Origin: an uncultured Solirubrobacterales bacterium
GTDB lineage: Bacteria; Actinomycetota; Thermoleophilia; Solirubrobacterales; 70-9
NCBI GenBank assembly: GCA_963708115.1
Contig: CAVPRX010000002.1
Coordinates: 452,092 to 516,091 of the forward strand
Direction: 5' to 3'
Length of the DNA stretch: 64,000 nucleotides
Shown: positions 1 through 9,921 of the stretch, piece by piece
Numbering within the stretch: position 1 is the stretch's first letter
Layout of the letters: each line of letters starts with the position of its first letter
Translations under genes and position numbers: made by a program
The notes under the pieces: model-generated
Told to the model about the DNA's origin: nothing
The model's input: only the letters and a program-made list of their open reading frames with translations
Database searches by the model: none

Positions 1-1
1 C

Positions 2-1033
2 ACCCACCAACTGCGGGTGAGCAACTGGGTCCCGATGGCGATCCTGACGCTGAACAGCGTCCTTTGGGGTGGCGCGGTGGTCTTCATCTTCGTCGCCGGC
101 GGTGGGCTGGTGCCGCTGGCGATCGCGATGACCGCCACCAGCATCTTGACGGCGACGCTGCAGGCGATCGCCGCGGTGAAGATCGCCCGGCCGAACCTGC
201 GCCCCTCGCGCGAGGCGACGATGAGGCTGGCACGTGTCGGGCTTCCAGTCGGCCTCTCTGGATTGCTGGTCTTGGCCTACGCCAGGATCGACCAGCTGCT
301 CGTCTTCGCGATCGCCGGCAGCACCGCGGCCGGCCTCTATGGCGCCGAGTACCGGATCGTCGAGCAGGCCCACCTGATTCCGGTCTCGGTGATGACCACG
401 CTGATGCCGATCCTGGCCGCCGCCTGGACTGTGAACCGCGAGCGCGCGCTGCGCATCACCTGGCTTGCCGCCGAGTACCTCACGGTCGCCTCGCTCGGCG
501 GCCTCGCCGTATCCCTTGTCGTCGCCAGGCCGCTCACCGTCCTCCTCTACGGCGAGGATTTCGCCAGCGCGGCACCTGCACTGCCGGTGCTTGCCGGTGC
601 GTTCGTGTTCATCTGCTTCGGCTACCTGACCGGCAACCTCGTGCTGATCGCGGGGCTGCAGCGGCGGCTCGTCGAGATCGGGCTGATCGGGCTCGTGGTG
701 AACGTGATCGGCAACGTGGTGCTGATCCCCGCCTGGGGCTTCATGGGCGCCGCCTGGATGACGCTGGCCACCGAGGCTGTGGTCGTGATCGCGACTGCGG
801 CGATGCTGCGCCGCCGCGTGGGGCTCACCTTGCCCCCGTTGGGTCGGATGGCGCGGGTGGTTCTCGCCGCGCTCGTGCTCGCCGCGCTGCTGCTTGCCGC
901 GGACGGGCTAGATGCCTCGCTTGCGATCCTGCTGCTGATCGCCGCGCTCGCATATCCCGCGCTGTTGCTGGGCTTGCGCGCCGTCGATCTAGACGAGCTC
1001 AGAGCGCTGCTTCGCGAGCGCGCGGCTGCCTGA
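2..1033 (+). CDS. MOP/Wzx-type polysaccharide-biosynthesis membrane protein (flippase family), C-terminal part; the 5' end lies left of the window
   Basis: ORF 17..1033 stays open back to base 2. It is strongly hydrophobic and multi-helix (Ala/Leu/Val/Gly rich), like polysaccharide biosynthesis C-terminal domain proteins. Family call is by recall only. Confidence 0.5.
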   Translation, partial: THQLRVSNWVPMAILTLNSVLWGGAVVFIFVAGGGLVPLAIAMTATSILTATLQAIAAVKIARPNLRPSREATMRLARVGLPVGLSGLLVLAYARIDQLLVFAIAGSTAAGLYGAEYRIVEQAHLIPVSVMTTLMPILAAAWTVNRERALRITWLAAEYLTVASLGGLAVSLVVARPLTVLLYGEDFASAAPALPVLAGAFVFICFGYLTGNLVLIAGLQRRLVEIGLIGLVVNVIGNVVLIPAWGFMGAAWMTLATEAVVVIATAAMLRRRVGLTLPPLGRMARVVLAALVLAALLLAADGLDASLAILLLIAALAYPALLLGLRAVDLDELRALLRERAAA

Positions 1034-1651
1034 GCCACCGCGATAAGCATTGCCTGTTGCGAGTGCTCTTTGTGCAGTCCGCAGGTTCGACTCGTGACGC
1101 CGGCGCTCGCGGTGAGAGCGGATCCGGTTTCCGGTGTGCGCCTCGACCTGGAGGCTCGCCGAGACGCATTTGACCTTGCGCCCGTCGATCGATCCGTTGG
1201 CCACGCTCGTTCCCAGGGCGGTCAGGCACATCGGGTGCAGGTCCACGACCCGCATCGCCGCGTCACGCATCACGACCACGTCGCCCTGCTTGCCATGCTC
1301 CAGGAAGGGAACCGGAGCTGGGTTGCGGAACCACTCTTCGAAGCCAAGTCCGCGTAGCGTGACGAGCGCCGTGTCGAGATCGCCGTGGTCGAGGATGAGG
1401 TCGATATCGCGGTGGGCGCGCTGCTGTTCGCCGACCAGGGCATCGATGCCCCAGCCGCCCATGACGACGGTGCCAACGCCGGCGCCGTCCAGCGTCTCGA
1501 GGACGAACAGCGCGGTGGAAACCGGCATCGGGGGGTTCTGGTAGACGATCCGGCTCAGCACCGCCTTCACTCTCCGTGGTGCGGGCAGGGCCCAGACGAG
1601 CACGTTGAGCCGATCGGTGAAGCGGGTCCGGTGACTGGCTCTCTCCCCCAC
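989..1651 (-). CDS. ANT(2'')-like nucleotidyltransferase family protein, paralogue 1
   Basis: The C-terminal part of ORF 989..2584 carries GGWGIDALVGEQQRAHRDIDL, the aminoglycoside-2''-adenylyltransferase-type motif. Start placed at GTG 1651, just after an AT-rich stretch. The upstream Arg/Pro-rich part of the ORF is taken as a high-GC artefact. Confidence 0.6.
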   Translation of the reverse strand: MGERASHRTRFTDRLNVLVWALPAPRRVKAVLSRIVYQNPPMPVSTALFVLETLDGAGVGTVVMGGWGIDALVGEQQRAHRDIDLILDHGDLDTALVTLRGLGFEEWFRNPAPVPFLEHGKQGDVVVMRDAAMRVVDLHPMCLTALGTSVANGSIDGRKVKCVSASLQVEAHTGNRIRSHRERRRHESNLRTAQRALATGNAYRGGSGSRALAKQRSELV

Positions 1652-1731
1652 GTGAAGATATTTAACAGGATGAGGGCCAGATGAGCCAAAACCTGTGCAT
1701 CGGGAACGGCGATGTAGGCGATCGAGCGAGG

Positions 1732-2367
1732 TCAGCGAGTCTTGTCGGAGGCTTGCGCCCGCGGCGTCGACTCGGCTGGGAGCGCTTGAGTGGCAGCCGC
1801 GAGGTTTTTCCGGTAGCGCCTCTTCACCCGGCGGGAGCGCGCGCGGCTTTTCGCGTTGGCCTGGATCTGAAGCTCCGCCGACATGCAGGGGACGCGACGG
1901 CCGCCGATCGTTCCCTCGGCAAGAGCGGGCCTCGGGTGATCGAAGCGCATCGAGTGGAGGTCGACCACGCGCATAGCCGGGTCGCGGACGACGACGGCGG
2001 CCTCCAGCTCCAGGTCGCCGAAGGGTGTCGGGGAGGCGTTGCGGAACCACTCCACGAAGCCGATCGCGTACAGCGCCATCAGGGCTTTGTCGAGGTGCTC
2101 GCGATTGACGATCAGGTCGAGGTCGTGGTGCGGTCGCAGCTGCTTTCCGGCCAGCGCGTCGGCCCCCCAGCCGCCCATCAGGGCCACTTCGATGCCGCCG
2201 GCTTCGAGTGCGGCCATGGCGATCAGGACGGTGGCGATCGGCATCGGCGGGTTCTGGTAGACGAGCCTGCTCAGCAGCGCCTTGAGTCGCCGTGGCGAAG
2301 GCAGCGCCCAGACGATCACGTTGATGCGGTGCGTGAACCTCGTCCAGAGTGGCGCGCGCTCCTCCAC
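1732..2367 (-). CDS. ANT(2'')-like nucleotidyltransferase family protein, paralogue 2
   Basis: The C-terminal part of ORF 1732..2775 has GGWGADALAGKQLRPHHDLDL and is collinear with paralogue 1 (RFT.R.NV.VWALP.PRR.KA.LSR.VYQNPPMP). Start placed at GTG 2367. Confidence 0.6.
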   Translation of the reverse strand: MEERAPLWTRFTHRINVIVWALPSPRRLKALLSRLVYQNPPMPIATVLIAMAALEAGGIEVALMGGWGADALAGKQLRPHHDLDLIVNREHLDKALMALYAIGFVEWFRNASPTPFGDLELEAAVVVRDPAMRVVDLHSMRFDHPRPALAEGTIGGRRVPCMSAELQIQANAKSRARSRRVKRRYRKNLAAATQALPAESTPRAQASDKTR

Positions 2368-2369
2368 GC

Positions 2370-2936
2370 TCAGTGAGCCTCGCCGGAGGCGTGGGCGGGA
2401 GGTCGCGACTCCTCGGCCAGCGAGGTGATCTCGAGCGGGCCGTTGGCGGCGGCTTCGAGCACCTCGGTCGCCTCTTCGGCCGAGCGGGCGTAGAGCTCGA
2501 CCAGCATGTGGACGACGATCCGCTCCTCGTCGTGCTTGTGAAAGCGGACGTGGGCGAAGAACTCGCGTACCCCTGCCTCGCCAAGGGCGCCGTAGGCGAG
2601 CAGCTCGGCCGCTTCGGGCCCGGCGCAGCTCTCGACCCGATCCTGATCGACGGTGACCGTGCAAGAGGCGACCCAGGGGGTGCCGGCGACCATCCTTTCC
2701 CAGCGATCCTCGATCGGCACGACGCGATCGTCCTGGAAGGTGAGGTGGGGCTGGTCGTGCATGCAGTCGAGGCACTGCACGACCGATTCCTGCACTTCGT
2801 CGATCCCTTCGGCCGGCACGCCGGTCTCGGGATCGACGCGGCGGATCGCGTCGTAATGGATCTGGATCTCGAGGTTGCTGGACCAGCAGCGGTAACAGCG
2901 CAGCCAGGCCGAGCGGTCCCCGTTCAGCTCGCTCAT
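2370..2936 (-). CDS. Hypothetical Cys-rich protein (CxxC...CxxC), translationally coupled to lhgO
   Basis: ATG 2936 overlaps the lhgO stop as ATGA. The last 188 aa of ORF 2370..3938 are acidic and have normal composition. No family recognised. Confidence 0.5.
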   Translation of the reverse strand: MSELNGDRSAWLRCYRCWSSNLEIQIHYDAIRRVDPETGVPAEGIDEVQESVVQCLDCMHDQPHLTFQDDRVVPIEDRWERMVAGTPWVASCTVTVDQDRVESCAGPEAAELLAYGALGEAGVREFFAHVRFHKHDEERIVVHMLVELYARSAEEATEVLEAAANGPLEITSLAEESRPPAHASGEAH

Positions 2937-4162
2937 CCCTGCATTGTCGCAGCCAGCTCGTCGGCGATCAGCCGGGCGATCGCCAGCGAGGAGGTTGCGG
3001 CGGGGGAGGGGGCATTGCGAACGTGGACCGCGCGCTCGGTGCGGTGGACGACGAAGTCGTCGACCAGGGTGCCGTCGCGATCGATCGCCTGGGCGCGGAC
3101 CCCGGCGGGGCCGGGTTCTGCGGCGACGCCACGCAGGGCGGGAACCAGGCGTGCCGCTTCGGCGGCGAACGCCCGCTTGCTGGCGGCATGGCGCATCTCG
3201 AGCAGCCCGGCGCGCCAGTTGCGCGCCGCCATCCGCCAGGTCCCGGGCCAGGCGAGCGTCTGGGCGACGTCGCGCGGTCGCACGGTCGAGAGCCGGTAGG
3301 CGTCGCGAGCCGGCGCAAGCAGGGCACTGGGACCGATCAGCACGCGGCCGTCGACGGTCGGGGTCAGGTGGGCGCCGAGGAACGGCAGGTCGGGATTTGG
3401 GACCGGGTAGACGTTGCCGCGGATCAGCCCGGCGGCCTCGCGTGGCAGGGCCAGGTAGCCACCGCGGAAGGGGACGATCCGCGGGCTCTTCGGCGCCCCG
3501 CAGGCGACGGCGAGGCGATCCGACCAGAGCCCGGCGCAGAAGACGGCACCCGACGCGATCGTCGTGCCCTGCGAGTGCCGCAAAGCGATCCGGCTGCCGC
3601 TCTCCGTAGCGGTGGCGACCGCAGCACCGGTGTGGATCGTGGCCCCGGCCTGGCGCAGGTCGGCGGCGTAGGACTCGGCGACGGCGCCGAAGTCGACGAT
3701 TCCGGTGCGCGGCGAGTGCAGGGCGGCGGCTCCCCGCGCAGCGGGCTCGACCTCCTGGATCTCCCCAGCGTCCAGGCGGCGCAGCCCCGGCACCTCGTTG
3801 GCGCGCCCGCGGCGCTCGAGCTCGTCGAGCCGCTCGAGCTCGCCCTCGTCGACCGCGACGATCAGCTTGCCGGACTGCTCGTAGTGGATCCCGCGCTCGT
3901 CGCAGTAGGCGTAAAGCTCGCGGGCCCCTTCGACGCACAGCCGCGCCTTCAGCGATCCCGGCTGGTAGTAGATGCCGGCGTGGATGACGCCGCTCGAGTG
4001 GCTGGTCTGGTGGCCGGCGAGCCGCTCTTCGGCCTCCAGCACGCAGAGCCGCGCGTCTGGGTTCCGGGCTAGCAGCTCACGGGCAACCGCCAGGCCGACG
4101 ATTCCACCGCCGACGACCGCGAGGTCGCACTCGGAGGGGGGAGGGCCGCCGGCGACGCTCAA
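2933..4162 (-). CDS. lhgO: L-2-hydroxyglutarate oxidase (FAD-dependent)
   Basis: Carries DLAVVGGGIVGLAVARELL...HQTSHSSGVIHAGIYYQPGSLKARLCVEG, the LhgO-type N-terminus. TTG 4162 overlaps the ecm stop as TTGA. About 409 aa, the expected size. Confidence 0.8.
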   Translation of the reverse strand: MSVAGGPPPSECDLAVVGGGIVGLAVARELLARNPDARLCVLEAEERLAGHQTSHSSGVIHAGIYYQPGSLKARLCVEGARELYAYCDERGIHYEQSGKLIVAVDEGELERLDELERRGRANEVPGLRRLDAGEIQEVEPAARGAAALHSPRTGIVDFGAVAESYAADLRQAGATIHTGAAVATATESGSRIALRHSQGTTIASGAVFCAGLWSDRLAVACGAPKSPRIVPFRGGYLALPREAAGLIRGNVYPVPNPDLPFLGAHLTPTVDGRVLIGPSALLAPARDAYRLSTVRPRDVAQTLAWPGTWRMAARNWRAGLLEMRHAASKRAFAAEAARLVPALRGVAAEPGPAGVRAQAIDRDGTLVDDFVVHRTERAVHVRNAPSPAATSSLAIARLIADELAATMQG

Positions 4163-6153
4163 GCGGTCGCGCCGGCTGTGGCGCGCTGCTCGATCAGGGA
4201 CGCGATCTCGCCCATGATCTTGTTGATGTCGAAGTCCTTCGGCGTGTAGACGCCGGCGACGCCGGCCTTGCGCAGCCGTTCGGCATCGGCGACGGGAATG
4301 ATCCCGCCGACGACGACCGGCACGTCGACGCCCTCGTCGCGCAGGCGGCGGACCACGTCGGGGACAAGCTCCAGGTGCGAGCCGGAGAGGATCGAGAGGC
4401 CGACTACGTCGACGTCCTCCTGCAGTGCCGACTCGGCGATCTCCTCCGGGGTGAGGCGGATCCCCTGGTAGATCACCTCCATGCCGGCGTCCCGGGCGCG
4501 CAGGGCGATCTGCTCGGAGCCGTTGGAGTGGCCGTCGAGGCCGGGCTTGCCGACGAGGATCTTGATCCGGTGGCCGATCTGCTCGGAGACCTCGTCGACG
4601 CGGCCGCGGATCTCCACCAGCGCCTCGCGGTCGCCGGGAGGCGCCGCGCCGTCGACCCCGGTGGGGGCGCGGTAGGCGCCGAAGGCATCGCGCAGCACCT
4701 CGGCCCACTCGCCGGTGGTCGCGCCGGCCTTCGCCGCGGCGATCGTCGCCGGCATCACGTTGGCGCTCTCGTCGGCGGCGACCCGGCCGAGCTCCTCCAG
4801 CGCGGCGCTTACGGCGTCGCCGTCGCGCTCGGCCTTCCATTGCGCCAGTGCCTCGACCCGTTCGCGCTCGACCTCGGGGTCTGGGGTGAGGATGCCGCCG
4901 TCGGCACCGGCGGTGAGGGGGGAGTCCTCGCTCTCCTTATAGGCGTTTTGGCCGACCACCACCAGCTCGCCGCTCTCGATTCGCCCCACCCGTTCGCGGT
5001 GGGACTCGACCAGGCGGGCCTTCATGTAGGGGACGGCGGCGACCGCGCCACCGTGCTCCTCGACCACGGCCATCTCCGCCCTGGCGCCCTCGGTCAGCTC
5101 GTCGACCAGGCCGTCCATGACGTGGGAGCCCGCGAAGATGTCTGGGTACTCGAGCAGGTCGGTCTCGTTGGCCAGGACCTGCTGGATGCGCAGGCTCCAC
5201 TGCTGATCCCAGGGACGGGGCAGGCCCATCGCCTCGTTCCAGGCCGGCAGCTGGATCGCGCGGGCACGCGCGTCGCGGCTCAAGGTCACCGCCAGCGCCT
5301 CGAGCACGATGCGCTGGATGTTGTTCTCCGGCTGGGCCTCGGTCAGGCCGAGCGAGTTGACCTGGACGCCGTAGCGGAAGCGCAGCATCTTCTCGTCGGT
5401 GACCCCGTAGCGTTCGCGGCCGATCTCGTTCCAGAGCCGGCCCATCGTGCGCAGCTTGGCGATCTCCTCGATCAGGCGGATGCCGGCGTTGACGAAGAAG
5501 GAGATGCGGCCGAAGACCCGCGGGAAATCGTCCTCGGCGACCTGGCCGCGTGCTTTCACTTCGTCGAGCACGGCGATCCCGGTCGAGAGCGCGTAGGCGA
5601 TCTCCTGCACAGGCGTCGCACCCGCCTCCTGGAGGTGGTAGCTGCAGATGTTGGTCGGGTTCCAGCTCGGCACCTCGTTGACGGTGAAGGCGACCATGTC
5701 GGCGATCAGCCGCATCGAGGGCTCCGGCGGGAAGGCGTAGGTGCCGCGCGAGAGGTACTCCTTGATGATGTCGTTCTGCGTCGTCCCGGTCAGCTTCGAT
5801 CGCTCGACGCCGTTCTCCTCGGCGACCGTGGCGTAGAGGCCGAGCAGCCAGGCGGCGGTCGCGTTGATCGTCATCGAGGTGTTCATCTCGTCGAGCGGGA
5901 TGCCGTCGAAGAGCTGGTGCATGTCGCCCTTGTGGGCGATCGAGACGCCGACCTTGCCGACCTCGCCGCGGGCGAGGATGTGGTCGGGGTCATAGCCGGT
6001 CTGCGTCGGCAGGTCGAAGGCGACCGAGAGGCCGGTCTGGCCCTTGGCGAGATTGCCCTTGTAGAGCTCGTTGGAGCGGCGGGCGTCGGAGTGGCCCGCG
6101 TAGGTGCGCATCACCCAGGGGCGGTCGCGCTCAGGCAGTCGGTGCTCGGACAT
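4159..6153 (-). CDS. ecm: Ethylmalonyl-CoA mutase (B12-dependent, fused catalytic and cobalamin-binding domains)
   Basis: RDRPWVMRTYAGHS...NLAKGQTGLSVAFDLPTQTGYDPDH is the Ecm/MeaA signature rather than the MutB one. The C-terminal KILVGKPGLDGHSNG is a B12-binding motif. ccr lies 4 kb away. ATG 6153 preferred over TTG 6174. Confidence 0.8.
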   Translation of the reverse strand: MSEHRLPERDRPWVMRTYAGHSDARRSNELYKGNLAKGQTGLSVAFDLPTQTGYDPDHILARGEVGKVGVSIAHKGDMHQLFDGIPLDEMNTSMTINATAAWLLGLYATVAEENGVERSKLTGTTQNDIIKEYLSRGTYAFPPEPSMRLIADMVAFTVNEVPSWNPTNICSYHLQEAGATPVQEIAYALSTGIAVLDEVKARGQVAEDDFPRVFGRISFFVNAGIRLIEEIAKLRTMGRLWNEIGRERYGVTDEKMLRFRYGVQVNSLGLTEAQPENNIQRIVLEALAVTLSRDARARAIQLPAWNEAMGLPRPWDQQWSLRIQQVLANETDLLEYPDIFAGSHVMDGLVDELTEGARAEMAVVEEHGGAVAAVPYMKARLVESHRERVGRIESGELVVVGQNAYKESEDSPLTAGADGGILTPDPEVERERVEALAQWKAERDGDAVSAALEELGRVAADESANVMPATIAAAKAGATTGEWAEVLRDAFGAYRAPTGVDGAAPPGDREALVEIRGRVDEVSEQIGHRIKILVGKPGLDGHSNGSEQIALRARDAGMEVIYQGIRLTPEEIAESALQEDVDVVGLSILSGSHLELVPDVVRRLRDEGVDVPVVVGGIIPVADAERLRKAGVAGVYTPKDFDINKIMGEIASLIEQRATAGATA

Positions 6154-6245
6154 CGCCACCAATGTTATTTGCAAGGGCGGGAAATACAGCGTTCATCCGT
6201 CACGATGCGCATCTTTTCCCCGAGGCTGTGTTTAGGCTCCGGACG

Positions 6246-6938
6246 ATGAGACTCCGAATAGCAGCCTGTTTTCTTGTTGTCGTTGCGGCGCTGGCCCTTG
6301 CCGGCAGCGCTGGGGCGGCATTGATCGGCGTCTACCGGAACAGCATGGAGTCGACCGCGCAGCGTGCCCAGATCGTCAAGCTGAACGGCGACCGCTGCGG
6401 GCGTGGCGGTTCCGATCACGCACTGCGCATCACGATCGGCAAGGCCACGCCAGAATGCGCCTACCGCACCCCGGTGCTCGGGCGCGACCTCGAGGTGGCC
6501 GCGATCGGCCGCGTGCTCGACACGACGCCGACCCCGGTCCAGCGCAAGGCATATCTCGCCGTCAACCTGCGCGCCGGTGGGGCCGGCGCCCGCTATCAAC
6601 TGGCGGTCTTCCCCCTGCAGCGCAAGGCGCAGCTGCGCAGGGTGGGGCCCGACGGCCGAGTCAGATACCTCCACGTCGCCCAGGGGGTCAGGACGAGAGG
6701 CCTCAACCAGGCCAACGAAATTCGCCTGCAGGCTTTCAACGTCACCAGCGGCCCGGAAAGGGGCAGCTGCCACATTCTCGCCTTCGTCGGGGGGCAGCTT
6801 GTCGCCGACATCACCGACCCCTCCTCGGGCGAGCTGCAAGGCCGAAGCTCGGGCGTCTCGCTGGGCGCGGTCGGCAATGCCAAGGGCGCCGTCGGCAGTT
6901 TTGACGATGTGGTCGTCCGCGTTCCCAGCCCCTTTTAG
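6246..6938 (+). CDS. Secreted hypothetical protein (signal peptide)
   Basis: ATG 6246 gives MRLRIAACFLVVVAALALAGSAGAA, a signal peptide. The rest of ORF 6162..6938 has coding-like composition. Confidence 0.55.
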   Translation: MRLRIAACFLVVVAALALAGSAGAALIGVYRNSMESTAQRAQIVKLNGDRCGRGGSDHALRITIGKATPECAYRTPVLGRDLEVAAIGRVLDTTPTPVQRKAYLAVNLRAGGAGARYQLAVFPLQRKAQLRRVGPDGRVRYLHVAQGVRTRGLNQANEIRLQAFNVTSGPERGSCHILAFVGGQLVADITDPSSGELQGRSSGVSLGAVGNAKGAVGSFDDVVVRVPSPF

Positions 6939-6952
6939 AGCCGTTCCGCATA

Positions 6953-7249
6953 ATGGCGTCGATGTCGACCACGATCGAGAAACCTCGCGAGGCCGGACCG
7001 GGCTCAGGCCTCGGCGGTGAGTGGCGCGTGATCGTGCGCAACGACAACCACAACACCTTCGATCACGTCGCCGAAACGCTGGCCCGCGTTCTGCCCGGCG
7101 TCACCATCGCCCGCGGCCACGAGATCGCCGATGCGATCCACACGACCGGGCAGGCGATCGTCTGGTCCGGCGCCCGCGAGCCCGCCGAGCACTACTGGGA
7201 GCAGCTCAAAGCCGCCGGTCTGACGCTCGCTCCGCTCGAGCGCGCGTAG
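6953..7249 (+). CDS. clpS: ATP-dependent Clp protease adaptor ClpS
   Basis: The 98-aa product contains WRVIVRNDNHNTFDHVAETLARVLPG...AIHTTGQAIVW, the typical ClpS core. Confidence 0.85.
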   Translation: MASMSTTIEKPREAGPGSGLGGEWRVIVRNDNHNTFDHVAETLARVLPGVTIARGHEIADAIHTTGQAIVWSGAREPAEHYWEQLKAAGLTLAPLERA

Positions 7250-7257
7250 GGTCCCCG

Positions 7258-9921
7258 GTGCGACGTGTACTCCTCTGTTCATTGCTGACCGCCTGTGCGG
7301 TTGCGCTGGCGCCCGGCCCGGCCGCCGCCGCGCCCGAGCTGCCGAGCGGGTTCCAGGACTCGATCGTGCTCAGCGAAGTCCCCGAACCGACGACGATGCG
7401 CTTCTCACCCGACGGGCGGGTCTTCGTCGCCACGAAGTCGGGACAGATCCTCGTCTACGGCGACCTCGACGACACCTCGCCCGAAGTGTTCGCCGACCTG
7501 CGAACGGAGGTCTACGACAACGGCGACCGGGGCCTGCTCGGGCTGGCGCTCGACCCGGACTTCGCGGGCAACCACTATGTCTACGCGCTCTACACCTACG
7601 ACCACATTCTCGGCGGGCAGGGGGAAGAAGGCAAAGTCCCGCGCTGGGGCACGCCGAACACGAGCGGTGACCCATGTCCCAAACCGGGCGGTGCCGACGT
7701 CGATGCCTGCCCGGTGAGCGGGCGCCTCGTGCGGCTCACTGCCGAAGGCAACCACGCGGAGCCGTCGTCCACCGCTCCGCAGGAGAAAGTCCTGCTCGAA
7801 GACTGGTGCCAGCAGTTCTCCTCGCACTCGATCGGCGACCTCCAGTTCGGCCCCGAGGGCGCGCTCTACGCGAGCGGGGGAGACGGGGCCAGCTTCAACA
7901 ACGCCGACTACGGCCAGTTCGGCTGGCCGCAGACGAACATGTGCGGGGATCCTCCGGGTTCGGTTGGTCAAGCGCTGTCGCCGCCCGGCGCCGAAGGCGG
8001 CGCGCTGCGCTCACAGGATCTGCGCACGCCCGCCGATCCGACGACCCTGGACGGATCCCTCATCCGGGTCGACCCCGAAACCGGGGCGGCGTGGCCGGGA
8101 AATCCGCTCTCCGCCAGCTCCGATCCGAACGCGCGGCGCATCGTCGGCTATGGCTTCCGCAACCCATTCCGTTTCACGATCGACCCCGCCAGCGGCGAGA
8201 TCTACGTCGGCAACGTCGGCTGGGATGCCTACGAGGAGATCGATCGCGTGCCCGCTGTCGGCACCCTGCCGGTGTTCAACTCCGGCTGGCCCTGTTACGA
8301 GGGGCCTGGGGAGAACCCGATCTACGCCGGGCTGGAACTGAGCCTCTGCAAATCGCTCTACGCCGAATCCAGCTCGACCACGCCGCCGCTCTTCTATTAC
8401 AAGCACCACGAGAACGTCATCCCCGAAGAAGCCTGCAACAGCGGCACGGGCTCGGCGCTCGCGGGGCTCGCCTTCTACCCCGGCGGGCCCTATCCCGACT
8501 CATACGACGGCGCGCTCTTCTTCGCCGACCCGGTCCGCGGCTGCATCTGGGTGATGCACCCCGACGACGACGGTCACCCCGACCCGCTCGATACGACGAC
8601 GTTCATGGCCAACGGCGGCCTCTACCCAGGAGTTGACCTGGAGGTCGGGCCCGAAGGCGACCTCTACTACGTGAAGCTCTTCGGTGACACGGAGGAAGGC
8701 ACGATCCACCGCATCTCCTACGACCCGAACGCGCCGGTCGCGAGGCTCGCCGCGGACTCGCTCTGGGGCCCGAAACCGCTCAAAGCCCATCTCGACGCGA
8801 GCGAGTCGAGCGATCCACACGGGAAAGCGCTCACCTTCAAGTGGGATCTCGACGGCAACGGCAGCTTCGAGACCGAAGGGAAAGAAGAGAGGGTCACCGA
8901 TCTCAACGTCAGCCACAACGTCGACGTCGCGGTCGAGGTCAGCAACGGGGAAAAGTCGAGCGTCGCCGAGCTGACCCTGTACCCGGACGACAGCCCGCCG
9001 CAGCCGGACATCGCCGTGCCCGCCGAGACCCTGACCTGGGGAGTCGGCCAGCGGATCGACTTCGCGGGGTCAGCCGATGACGTCGACGAGGGCGGCGAGC
9101 TCCCGCCGTCTGACCTCTACTGGAAGACCCGCCTCTATCACTGTCCCGGCGCCTGCCATGCCCACCCGCTTCAGGTCTTCCCGGCAACCGGCGGTGGAAG
9201 TCTGCTCGCGCCCGACCACGACTATCCCTCGCGCATCGAAATCAGCCTTACCGCGACCGACGAACGCGGCCTTACTGCGACGAAAGCGATATCGATCTAC
9301 CCACGCGCGGTCGATCTGAAAGTCGATTCCGATCCGGGTGGCATCGGCTTGACCGCGGGCCAGCTCAGTGGCTCGCTCCCAATCGAGTTCCGCGCCATCG
9401 AGGGCGCCCACGTCGGTCTCTCGGCGCCGCTCACCGCAAATGTAGGTGGGCGCGAGTACAGGTGGCAGTCCTGGTCTGACGGTGGCGCTCGGGCTCACAC
9501 GATCGTTGCCGATACCTCGGCGACGTACACGGCGAGCTACGCGCTGCCCGCCGGCGGATCGTCGCCCCCACCACCCCCATTGCGCCTACGGCGGCCACGC
9601 CCCGGGATCCACGCCCATCCACCCCGGTCCACCGCCAGGCGGAGTGCCGTCTTCTCGTTCTCTTCGCCCCAGCCCGGCGTCCGCTTCCGTTGCCGGCTCG
9701 ATGCCAGATCGTTCTCGGCCTGTGGCCGGACCAGCGCCTACAGGCATCTCGCGCTCGGCGGGCACGTCTTCCGTGTGATCGCTGTCGGTGGCGAAGACTG
9801 GACCGACTCGGCGCCGGCCGTATTCCACTGGAAGGTGGTCTGCGCGGCGAGCGAGCGCGCTACTCGGACGCGACGAGCGTGTGCCAGGCCGGCAGGATCG
9901 GCAGGTCGTAGAGGTCGATAG
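7258..9921 (+). CDS. Secreted PQQ-dependent sugar dehydrogenase-like beta-propeller protein with a PKD domain
   Basis: GTG 7258 gives a signal peptide (VRRVLLCSLLTACAVALAPGPAAAAP). It is followed by SGFQDSIV...MRFSPDGRVFVATKSGQILVY...GDRGLLGLALDPDF, a glucose/sorbosone dehydrogenase pattern. A PKD-like segment follows (LDASESSDPHGKALTFKWDLDGNG). The 3' tail overlaps the convergent gene by 62 nt. Confidence 0.7.
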   Translation: MRRVLLCSLLTACAVALAPGPAAAAPELPSGFQDSIVLSEVPEPTTMRFSPDGRVFVATKSGQILVYGDLDDTSPEVFADLRTEVYDNGDRGLLGLALDPDFAGNHYVYALYTYDHILGGQGEEGKVPRWGTPNTSGDPCPKPGGADVDACPVSGRLVRLTAEGNHAEPSSTAPQEKVLLEDWCQQFSSHSIGDLQFGPEGALYASGGDGASFNNADYGQFGWPQTNMCGDPPGSVGQALSPPGAEGGALRSQDLRTPADPTTLDGSLIRVDPETGAAWPGNPLSASSDPNARRIVGYGFRNPFRFTIDPASGEIYVGNVGWDAYEEIDRVPAVGTLPVFNSGWPCYEGPGENPIYAGLELSLCKSLYAESSSTTPPLFYYKHHENVIPEEACNSGTGSALAGLAFYPGGPYPDSYDGALFFADPVRGCIWVMHPDDDGHPDPLDTTTFMANGGLYPGVDLEVGPEGDLYYVKLFGDTEEGTIHRISYDPNAPVARLAADSLWGPKPLKAHLDASESSDPHGKALTFKWDLDGNGSFETEGKEERVTDLNVSHNVDVAVEVSNGEKSSVAELTLYPDDSPPQPDIAVPAETLTWGVGQRIDFAGSADDVDEGGELPPSDLYWKTRLYHCPGACHAHPLQVFPATGGGSLLAPDHDYPSRIEISLTATDERGLTATKAISIYPRAVDLKVDSDPGGIGLTAGQLSGSLPIEFRAIEGAHVGLSAPLTANVGGREYRWQSWSDGGARAHTIVADTSATYTASYALPAGGSSPPPPPLRLRRPRPGIHAHPPRSTARRSAVFSFSSPQPGVRFRCRLDARSFSACGRTSAYRHLALGGHVFRVIAVGGEDWTDSAPAVFHWKVVCAASERATRTRRACARPAGSAGRRGR

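Noticed and set aside
989-4840. Very long minus-strand ORFs (989..2584, 1732..2775, 2370..3938, 2933..4840) with Arg/Pro/Gly-rich N-terminal halves
   Set aside because: Only the C-terminal parts have protein-like composition and recognisable motifs. The upstream extensions overlap the next gene and are the usual stop-free artefacts of ~70% G+C DNA. The starts were moved to coupled ATG/GTG/TTG codons.
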